Of a stretch of DNA of 64,000 bases, positions 56,924-64,000 are shown piece after piece. The DNA comes from an uncultured beta proteobacterium. Lineage in GTDB: Bacteria > Pseudomonadota > Gammaproteobacteria > Burkholderiales > SG8-41. The stretch's first letter is position 1, and each line of letters begins with the position of its first letter. The stretch lies in contig CAWEHH010000030.1 in assembly GCA_963808765.1 (NCBI GenBank), positions 97,483 to 161,482 on the forward strand. Reading direction: 5' to 3'. The notes under the pieces were generated by a model. The model ran no database searches and had not been told where the DNA came from. It saw nothing but the letters and a program-made list of their open reading frames with translations. The translations under genes and the position numbers were made by a program.

Positions 56924-58627
56924 ATGAGTTCTGAACGGAAAGCCATGCACGCCGGAGAAGCCGTCGCCGAAGCGCTGCGCGAAGAAGGCGTGGAGAGGGT
57001 CTACAGCGTTCCGGGCTCTCACATCCACCCGATCTACGACGGCCTTTCCCGCGTCGAGACGATCCGCATCGTGACGTGCAAGCAGGAGCCCAACGTTTCA
57101 CTGATGGCGGACGCTTACGGGCGCCTCACGGGCAAGCCCGGCGTGTGTCTCGTGACCGCGGGCCCGGGCGGGCTCAATTCGATGGCCGGCGTCGCGCAGG
57201 CGTATGGCGCTGCCTCGCCGATGGTGCACATCGGCGGCGCGGTGCCGCTGAAGGCCGACATGGAAGCGTTTCACGGCGTCGATCATCCGGCGTTCGTGCA
57301 CGAGATGTTCCAGCACATCACGAAATGGAGCGCGCGCGTCGAGCGCATCGAGGACATTCCGGAGGTCATTCGCTAAAGCGTTCCACATCGCGCGGAGCGG
57401 ACGCCCGGGCCCCGTGCACGTCGAGCTGCCGCGGCTCACCGACTACAGCGAATACATTCTCCAGGATACGCCCGCGGTGGTGCCGCCGTACAAGCGCATC
57501 CCTCCGGTCGTGCAGAAGCCCGAAGGGGCGGACGTGGATCGCTTCGCGCGGCGTCTGAAGGAAGCCGGTTCCGTCGTGATCGCGGCGGGCAAGGGCATCA
57601 TGCGGCGCGGGGCGATGGGTGAGCTCGCGGACCTCGCGTTACGCCTTCAGGCGCCGGTGGTGTGCGCGCAGGATGCGATCGGCGTCATGCCGGAAACGCA
57701 TCCACTTTTCGCGGGTCACTTCGCGAGGAATCGCAGCAATCCGCTGGCGGACAGCGTGCTGCGTGGCGCGGACCTCGTGATCGGCATCGGACTGCGCGCA
57801 GGCACGGCGGAGATGAGCGAGCTGCGCGATCGGGCGCCGAAGAATTTCATCCTGATCGGATTCGACAGCATCGCGGAAGCACGTTATCGCGGCGAGGACG
57901 AGCGTGTCGCCGATCCGAAACTCTTTCTGGATGCGCTGCTCGAACGCCTCGGCGACTTCCGTAAGCCGTCAAACGATGCGCTCGTGAAGACGCTGGCGGA
58001 TGCGAAAGCGGCGGCGCTCAAGGATGCCGTCGCACAGGTCGAGCCTTACAGGGACGAAAAGCCGATCCATCCCGGCGTGCTGCTCGATGCGATGCGCAAG
58101 GTGCTGAAGGAGGATGCGGTCGTCACGAGCGACGTCGGCAATTGCCAGCAGTGGGCGCGGAGCTTCTGTCCGATCACGAATCCCGAATCGCTGATGCAGT
58201 CGGGTGTGTGGAACGCGATGAGCTATGCGCTGCCGACCGCGATCGTCGCGAAGATGGAGTGTCCCGCAGCGCGACGTCGTCTGCGCTCGCGGGCGACGGC
58301 GCGTTCCTCATGACGAGCGGCGATCTGCCCACGGCGGCCGAGTACGGCGCGAACATCCTCATGGTCGTGCTCAACAACGGCGCGTTCGGGCAGACCTACA
58401 TGCAGCAGACCAACCTCTACGGCCACACGTACGGAACGACGTTCAAGAGTCCCGACTTCGCGCAGTTGGCCGAATCGTGCGGTGCGGAGGGCATACGTGT
58501 GACGGAGCCGCGTGAAATCGAAGCCGCGCTCCGTGCCGGGCTCGCGGCGACGAAGGAGCGCCCTGCGCTGGTCGAAGTGATCGTGGAGGACAGGCCGTAT
58601 TTGAAGCTGAACCGAGGTGAAGTGTGA
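56924..58627 (+). pseudogene. thiamine diphosphate-dependent enzyme (second, divergent paralog), two frame breaks
   Basis: VPGSHIHPIYDGL..TAGPGGLNS; an inserted T creates a TAA at ~57374. The middle domain is in frame 2. AGDGAFLMT..LNNGAFG is in frame 3 (break at ~58265-58285). Confidence 0.8.
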
Positions 58628-58765
58628 GGAAGTGAAGGGATGACGGGAGTGCGAAAGGTCACGAGCGTGAAGCGTGAGATGTGAAACGTAAGGGCAGGAC
58701 GGCGTGAGGGTGTGAGAGTGAAGGCGTGGAGGGTGTGAGAGTGAAGGCGTGGAGGGTGAAGAGTA
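58615..58765 (+). repeat. C-depleted GTGA/GAGGG-rich low-complexity tract with a 23-bp tandem repeat (2.6 copies)
   Basis: gagggtgtgagagtgaaggcgtg occurs at 58706-58728 and 58729-58751, with a partial third copy. There is almost no C on the + strand for about 150 bp. Confidence 0.8.
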
Positions 58766-58790
58766 AGCGCAGGCGCCTGGAAAAACGAGT

Positions 58791-58859
58791 CGTCGTTCCG
58801 GCGCGCAGGTGCACCCCGGACCACGTCGGCGCGACGACGATCCGGGGCCGGAATCCAGG
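58791..58859. repeat. REP-like unit, family 1, nested variant
   Basis: cgtcgttccggcgcgcaggtgcaccccggaccac..gatccggggccggaatccagg. Same architecture as 7625-7697. Confidence 0.7.
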
Positions 58860-58899
58860 CGCCGTTTCAACGATTCTCACGCCTGGATTGCGGATCTGT

Positions 58900-59891
58900 G
58901 TGCTGACGCACCTCCGCAATGACGGCCGTTTGTGGTTGCTCATGACTGCGCTCGTCGCTGCCGCGCTGTTTCATGTACACGCTGAAGCCCAAACGTATCC
59001 GACGCGCCCTGTGCGAATGATCATCCCCGCCGGCGCGGGCGGGATCACCGACATTCTCGGCCGCGTGATCGCCGCGAAGCTCACCGACGCGCTCGGCCAG
59101 CAGGTCATCGTAGACAACCGTCCGGGCGCAAGCGGCATCGTCGGCTCGAGCATCGTCGCGAAATCGGCGCCGGACGGTCACACGCTGCTGATGGTGTTCC
59201 CCTCGCACCCGGTCAATCCGAGCCTGTATCCGGACATTCCCTTCGACACGTCGAAAGCGTTCGCGCCGATCAGCATGGTGAGCGCCGTCGCGCCGGTGCT
59301 CATCGTGAGCAGCCAATCCCCGGCGAAGTCGGTGCAGGACCTCATTGCGCTCGCCAAAGCGAAGCCCGGAGCGCTGCAACCACGGCTCGGTCGGCAGCGG
59401 CAGCATGGGCGCGCTCGCGGCGGAGCTTCTGCGCACGCTGGCAAAGATCAACTTCACGCAAGTGAGCTACAAAGGTTCGCCGCAGGCGCTGACGGCGCTC
59501 CTCTCGGGCGAGATCGAGTTCTATCTCATCGGCTCCGCCGGCACCGTCGTGCCGCACGTGAAGGCGGGCCGCATCCGCGCGCTCGGCGTCGGCGCGAAGC
59601 AGCGCATATCCGTGCTGCCCGACGTGCCGCCGATCGGTGAGACCGTGCCCGGCTACGAAGCGCGCGGCTGGAACGGCATCCTCGCGCCCGCCGGCACGCC
59701 GAAGCCGATCGTCGATCGCCTGCATCAGGAGATCGTCGAAGGTCGTGCGCTCGCCCGAGTTCGGCCAGGTGCTGACCGGCGAAGGCGCGACGCCGATCGG
59801 CAACACGCCCGCCGAGTTCGACGCGATCATTCGTGCGGACATCGCCAAGTGGGCGAAGATCATCAAGGAAAACGGAATCCGCGCGCAGTAA
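58900..59891 (+). pseudogene. Bug/TctC family substrate-binding protein, two frame breaks
   Basis: GTG 58900. Signal, YPTRPVRMIIPAGAGGITD and VIVDNRPGASG. Breaks at ~59377 and ~59738. C-terminal KWAKIIKENGIRAQ*. Confidence 0.8.
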
Positions 59892-59904
59892 TCGAGGAAC
59901 CCCG

Positions 59905-60691
59905 ATGCCTTACATCGAAGCGAAAGACTGCAAGCTGCATTACACGATCGACGATCACACCGACCCATGGAGCACGCCCGATACGGTGCTGTTCGTCCAC
60001 GGATTCACCGAGAACACCGAAGCGTGGCGCCAGTGGGTGCCGCATTTCTCGCGACACTATCGCGTCGTTCGCATCGACCAGCGCGGCTTCGGCAAATCCG
60101 GGGCGGTGCCGAAGGACTATCGGTTGACGACCGAGCTCTACGTCGACGACCTCGTGAAAGTCATCACTGAGGTGTGTGGCGGACGCGCCCACGTCGTGGG
60201 AGGGAAGAGCGGCGGCATCAGCGTGATGAGTCTCGCGGCGAGCCGGCCCGACATCGTGAAGACGATCACGGCGATCTGCTCGCCGGTCACGCCGCCCGCG
60301 GCCGAGGGCTGGATCGAAGAGATGGAGCGCGACGGCATGCGCAGTTGGGCGAAGCGCACGCAGCGAAGCCGCATGGGCTCGCAGATGCCGGATGCGGGCA
60401 TCGAATGGTGGTCGGACCTGATGGGCGCGACGCCGCTCTCGACTGCGCATGCCTACCTTCGCTGGGTCGGCGCGATCGATATCCGCGAAGACATCAGGCA
60501 GATCCGCTGTCCGACGCTCGTCATCGGCACCGACACGCAGCGCCGCGGACGGGAGGTGTTCGAAGGCTGGGCAGAAGACGATTCCGAATGCCGAGCTGGG
60601 GATGATTCCGGTGGACGGCTATCACGCCGCGGCAACGGATCCCGATCAGACGGCGGGCGTCGTGCGTAAGTTCATCGACCGGCATCGTTGA
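59905..60691 (+). pseudogene. alpha/beta fold hydrolase (paralog of 2929-3762), one frame break
   Basis: GAGGAA lies before ATG 59905. Contains LHYTIDDHTDPW, VLFVHGF, RIDQRGFGKS and GGKSGG. The C-terminus QKTIPNAELGMIPVDGYHAA is in another frame. Break at the GGG run 60569-60571. Confidence 0.8.
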
Positions 60692-60829
60692 TGCCCTCAC
60701 CCCCGGACCAGTTGCGTTCCGGGGCATCGCCTGGGCCCTCTCCCGCATGAGCGGGGCGGAGGCAGTGTCGAGGAGCCGCACTCTCTCCTGAATCGCGGGT
60801 TGTGCTCGACTTCCGTCACTTTGCTTTCG

Positions 60830-60860
60830 CCTGGGTTCCGGCCTCGCGCCGGAACGACGA
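60830..60860. repeat. REP-like unit, family 1
   Basis: cctgggttccggcctcgcgccggaacgacga. Confidence 0.7.
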
Positions 60861-60886
60861 ATCGAGCGAATCACCGGCACAATATG

Positions 60887-62901
60887 CTAGCCGAACTTGG
60901 CGGATTCGCGGGGGTCACGGCGGCCAAGTGCTTGATTAATCATAAGGGGACCCTACAAGGTCTGCACTACACGAGCGTTGCCGCCGCGGCCTGTGCGGCG
61001 CTAATTTTCGGCGGTGATTGAGCCGGCAGCGTGAGCTTGAGTTTGTCGAGCAGCAGCTTCAACGCGGGCTCGGGCTGGGTGTAGCGCGTGAAGCTGAGCT
61101 CCCGGTCATCGGTGGTCGGCACGTGGACGTCGATCATCTGGACGGCACCGAACTTCTCGAACACCGAGCGCGGGGTGAGCCCTGGCGCCAGTGCTTTCAA
61201 TTGCTGGCCGAGCGTGACATGCAGGCAGTAGGCAAGGAAGGCGATGAAGATGTGCGCCTCGATTCTCGGCTCGGCCTGATGGAACACGGGGCGGATGGCG
61301 AGATCGCTTTTGAGCGTCTTGAACGCGGCTTCCACTTCGACCAGCTGCAGATAGAACTGCCAGAGCTTCGCCGGATCGGCTTCGGTGAGATTGGTGCGCA
61401 GCAAATAGCGGCCCTCCCGGCGCCGCGCCTGTTTGAGCTTGTCGCGGTTAAGCCGATAGCTGAAGGTGCCAGCGCTTTCGGCAACGGTGAGCTCGACGAG
61501 GCGCCACGCCGTGGGTGTTTTGCTCTTGGCCGCGCCGAGCTTCATGAGCAGCTGATCGCGCGTGAGCTCCATCGTGCTCAACTTCTCCAGTCGCGCCCAC
61601 AGCCATTTCATCTGCCGGCGGCGCATCGAGCGCTCCTTGGCCACGCGATCGCGGCTCTCGGCGAAGACGTAGAGCTCATCCTCCTGCGCCAGCAGCTTCA
61701 CCTTCACCTCGGGCCGCGCCTGATGCCAGGGTTGCTCCAGTAGCGCCTGCTCCAAGCGCGTGAGCCGCCCCTTCGGCGTGCCGACCAGGTACTGCACCGG
61801 CGGGTCGGCTGCCCGCATCTGCGCCAGCACCTCTTCGGTCGGGATGCCGCGATCCATGCACCACACCCGCCGCGCCTTGCCGTACTGGCCCTCGATGCGC
61901 GCCAGGAAGTCTTTGAGCGTGGTCGAGTCGGCGGTGTTGCCCGCCAGCACCTCGTAGGCCAATGGAAAGCCTTGCGGGGTTACCACCAGCGCAATGACCA
62001 CCTGCACGCAGTCCGGGCGATGATCGCGTGAGTAACCGTAGCGGCGCTTGTCCTCATCATCGAACGGCGGGTCGGATTCGAAATAGGTGCTCGTGAGGTC
62101 ATACAGGAGCACATCGAAGCGCGCATTAAACAAGTCACGCCAGCGATTCACCAGATGATCGAAGAGCGCTCGCTTGTGCTCGAGCAGCCGATCATGACAA
62201 GCGTAGAGCGTGTGGATGTCGGCCGCCGCGTGATCCACACCGAGCAGATCGGCCAGCGCGCTGCGGTCGAACCAGTGCCGGTGCAGACGCCATTCGCTGC
62301 CCGGCGCAAGCAGCCGATACACCACCAGCACCGCGAGCACCTGATCGAAACGCGTGCCCTTGCGCGTGGGCGGCAAGCGCGCGCTCCAGAAGCGATCGAG
62401 TTGAAGCTCCTGCCACAGCCTCAGCGCCAGCCAGCACGCGCCCCACTGCCGCGGGCGCTCCAGCCGCCGCTGTGCCAGCCGGAGCCGCACCACCGCGTCG
62501 TCACCGACGAGCGCCTCACACCGATCCTCCGCAAACAGCGCCACCGTACGCGGTGCGCGCGTGACCTCGTCCAGCACTTCGATCGAGCGCCGCCAGGCAA
62601 GCTCTTGCGACGAATTGATCTCCCCCAGATACAGCACGTGGCGCTGCATCACGCGCCCGCCGCTCACACGCTTGTTCTCAACAATGGAGAAGTAGCGGTG
62701 CTCCTTGCCGTCCTTCTTGCGAGTCGTCGCGCGTAGAAACATCTCGACGCGCAATTATCCGCAGAAGTTCACCGTGCGCCAGAGGCAAGGTCTTCACTAC
62801 AGCCGAATTCGCGCGATTCGCTGGGGCCGCGCTCAGAAAAAACAGTCGGTTACACTGCGCGAGAATGCGAAAATCGAAACGAATCCGCTAAGTCAGGCTA
62901 G
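60887..62901 (-). mobile_element. IS1634-family (IS4-superfamily) insertion sequence, ~2.0 kb
   Basis: Imperfect 22-bp terminal inverted repeats: ctagccgaacttggcggattcg (60887-60908) versus the reverse complement of 62880-62901, ctagcctgacttagcggattcg (19/22). A single transposase ORF lies inside. Confidence 0.8.
60967..62754 (-). CDS. IS1634 family DDE transposase
   Basis: 595 aa (probably starting at MFLRATTRKKDGKEHRYFSIVEN, 62742). The N-terminal motif and length are typical of IS1634-family transposases. The ORF is intact. Confidence 0.85.
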   Translation of the reverse strand: MRVEMFLRATTRKKDGKEHRYFSIVENKRVSGGRVMQRHVLYLGEINSSQELAWRRSIEVLDEVTRAPRTVALFAEDRCEALVGDDAVVRLRLAQRRLERPRQWGACWLALRLWQELQLDRFWSARLPPTRKGTRFDQVLAVLVVYRLLAPGSEWRLHRHWFDRSALADLLGVDHAAADIHTLYACHDRLLEHKRALFDHLVNRWRDLFNARFDVLLYDLTSTYFESDPPFDDEDKRRYGYSRDHRPDCVQVVIALVVTPQGFPLAYEVLAGNTADSTTLKDFLARIEGQYGKARRVWCMDRGIPTEEVLAQMRAADPPVQYLVGTPKGRLTRLEQALLEQPWHQARPEVKVKLLAQEDELYVFAESRDRVAKERSMRRRQMKWLWARLEKLSTMELTRDQLLMKLGAAKSKTPTAWRLVELTVAESAGTFSYRLNRDKLKQARRREGRYLLRTNLTEADPAKLWQFYLQLVEVEAAFKTLKSDLAIRPVFHQAEPRIEAHIFIAFLAYCLHVTLGQQLKALAPGLTPRSVFEKFGAVQMIDVHVPTTDDRELSFTRYTQPEPALKLLLDKLKLTLPAQSPPKISAAQAAAATLV

Positions 62902-64000
62902 ATCACCGCGAGCGACTTCTCTTTCCCGCGCGCGGCGTCGGCGCTGACGCTCTCGGACCTCGCGAACATCGCATCCTCGTACTGAAGTAACTCCGGCCCC
63001 AGTTCTTTGATACTGCTGCAACCGATGAGCGCCAGAACACGACCGATCTCGTCTCGCAGGATGTCGATCGCGCGCGTCGCGCCTGCCTCTCCCGCTGCCG
63101 CCGTGCCGTAGAGCGTCGCGCGTCCCACGAGTACCGCGGACGCACCCAGTGCGAGCGCCTTCACGATGTCGGATCCGCGCCGATAGCCGCTATCGACGAG
63201 CACCGGTACCCGTCCGCCGACGCGATCCACCATCGCCGGCAGCGCCTGCAGCGGCGCGATCGAGCTGTCGAGATTGCGTCCGCCGTGATTCGAGACGATG
63301 ACCGCGTCGGCGCCGCAGTCGACCGCCTTCGCCGCATCGTCCGGATGCATGACGCCCTTCACCATCAGAGGCCCCGGCCACATCTTCCGCAGCGCGCGCA
63401 GGTGCTCGTAGCTGAACTCTTCGCACTTCATCATTGCCCGGCCCATCGGCTGCGCAGTGAACTTCGTCTTGAGCTCGTCGGGATAGTTCTCGTAGGTCGG
63501 CGTCCCGGTGGTCAGGAGGTAGCGGACCAGCACGCCGAAGAGCCACCGCGGATGCGTGATCACGTCCCACACATTGCTGCGCGTGAGCGTGAACGGAACC
63601 GTGAAGCCGCTGCGCAGGTTGTATTCGCGATTGGCCGGGACCGCGCTGTCGAGCGTGACGAGGAGCGCTTCGTAGCCGGCTGCCCTGGCACGCTCCACGA
63701 CTTTGTAGGTGAGGGAGAGGTTCGCCCACACGTAGAGCTGGAACCACAGGCGCCCGCCCGCCTCGGCCGCGACGCGCTCCATCGCCGTGAGCGAACCTGT
63801 TGCAAGCGTGAATGGAATGCCCGCGGCTTTCGCCGCACGCGCAAGAGCGATCTCGCCTTCGTACCACATGAGGCCCGCCATGCCGGTGGGCGCGACCACG
63901 ATCGGCATCGGCTGCTTGCGGCCGAGCAGCGTGATCTCCTGGCTGCGCGCCGAGACGTCTACGAGCGTGCGCGGCTTGAACTTGATGCGATCGAAGACGG
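62898..64000 (-). CDS. FMN-dependent alpha-hydroxy-acid dehydrogenase/oxidase (LldD/glycolate-oxidase family), 5' end outside the window
   Basis: Contains PIVVAPTG, WFQLY, VSNHGGR and DSGYRRGSD. The frame is open to the window edge. The stop codon TAG (62898-62900) lies inside the IS terminal repeat. Confidence 0.85.
   Translation of the reverse strand, partial: VFDRIKFKPRTLVDVSARSQEITLLGRKQPMPIVVAPTGMAGLMWYEGEIALARAAKAAGIPFTLATGSLTAMERVAAEAGGRLWFQLYVWANLSLTYKVVERARAAGYEALLVTLDSAVPANREYNLRSGFTVPFTLTRSNVWDVITHPRWLFGVLVRYLLTTGTPTYENYPDELKTKFTAQPMGRAMMKCEEFSYEHLRALRKMWPGPLMVKGVMHPDDAAKAVDCGADAVIVSNHGGRNLDSSIAPLQALPAMVDRVGGRVPVLVDSGYRRGSDIVKALALGASAVLVGRATLYGTAAAGEAGATRAIDILRDEIGRVLALIGCSSIKELGPELLQYEDAMFARSESVSADAARGKEKSLAVI

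Noticed and set aside
58615-58765. A small protein encoded in the GTGA-rich tract (ORFs 58223-58870, 58417-58824 and 58659-58943, minus strand).
   Set aside because: The translations are repetitive (HAFTLTPS / PSLSHP), have no start context, and simply mirror the tandem DNA repeat.
17155-60691. Programmed ribosomal frameshifting as the explanation for the many frame changes.
   Set aside because: I saw no recurring slippery heptamer or downstream pseudoknot pattern. The breaks are in unrelated housekeeping-type enzymes, go in both directions, and occur up to 7 times per gene.
60870-62908. ATCACCG as a definite 7-bp target-site duplication of the IS element.
   Set aside because: The left copy is separated from the inverted repeat by 10 bp while the right copy abuts it. 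This may be coincidence, so it is kept only as a hypothesis.
1-64000. tRNA, rRNA, tmRNA or riboswitch genes.
   Set aside because: Scanning the intergenic regions by eye showed no T-loop/GTTCGAATC-type motifs, no rRNA-like stretches and no riboswitch cores I recognise. This negative result has limited power without a covariance-model search.

Overview
This is a high-GC (by eye mid-60s %) proteobacterial chromosomal segment. It looks most like a Burkholderiales-type betaproteobacterium. That is an inference from 8 full-length and 3 remnant Bug/TctC-family periplasmic binding-protein genes, with no tctA/tctB membrane partners in the window. The Bug genes are interleaved with catabolic enzymes: five family-III CoA-transferases, an acyl-CoA dehydrogenase, a crotonase, a MaoC dehydratase, an OYE flavoenzyme, three SDRs, amidohydrolase-2/LigJ-like enzymes, two DHDPS-like lyases, an HpcH aldolase, a PrpD-like protein, two ThDP enzymes and an intradiol dioxygenase. 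LysR and TetR regulators and two MFS transporters are also present. I found no rRNA, tRNA or CRISPR. Accessory content: one IS1634-family element (60887-62901); a ParE-like toxin/antitoxin pair; a truncated TIR-like/DUF4062-like fragment; a ~990-aa patatin-like phospholipase with a multi-TM block between its catalytic Ser and Asp motifs, translationally coupled to an alpha/beta hydrolase and sitting in the stump of a Bug gene; and a slightly lower-GC two-gene insert of unknown function (13.9-15.0 kb). Three intergenic repeat families are present, including an unclassified ~60-130 bp element in five same-orientation copies. About 27 reading-frame breaks hit 15 genes. They cluster in two hot spots and often sit at short homopolymers, so consensus indel error versus real gene decay cannot be decided from sequence alone. 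One apparent dead gene (18993-20728) carries an in-frame TGA inside a U-G-S-C motif followed by a hairpin, which makes it a candidate selenoprotein. The best novelty candidates are that U-G-S-C locus, the membrane-embedded patatin/hydrolase pair, the low-GC membrane-protein pair and the five-copy repeat. All family assignments rest on motif recognition in the supplied translations; no database search was run.
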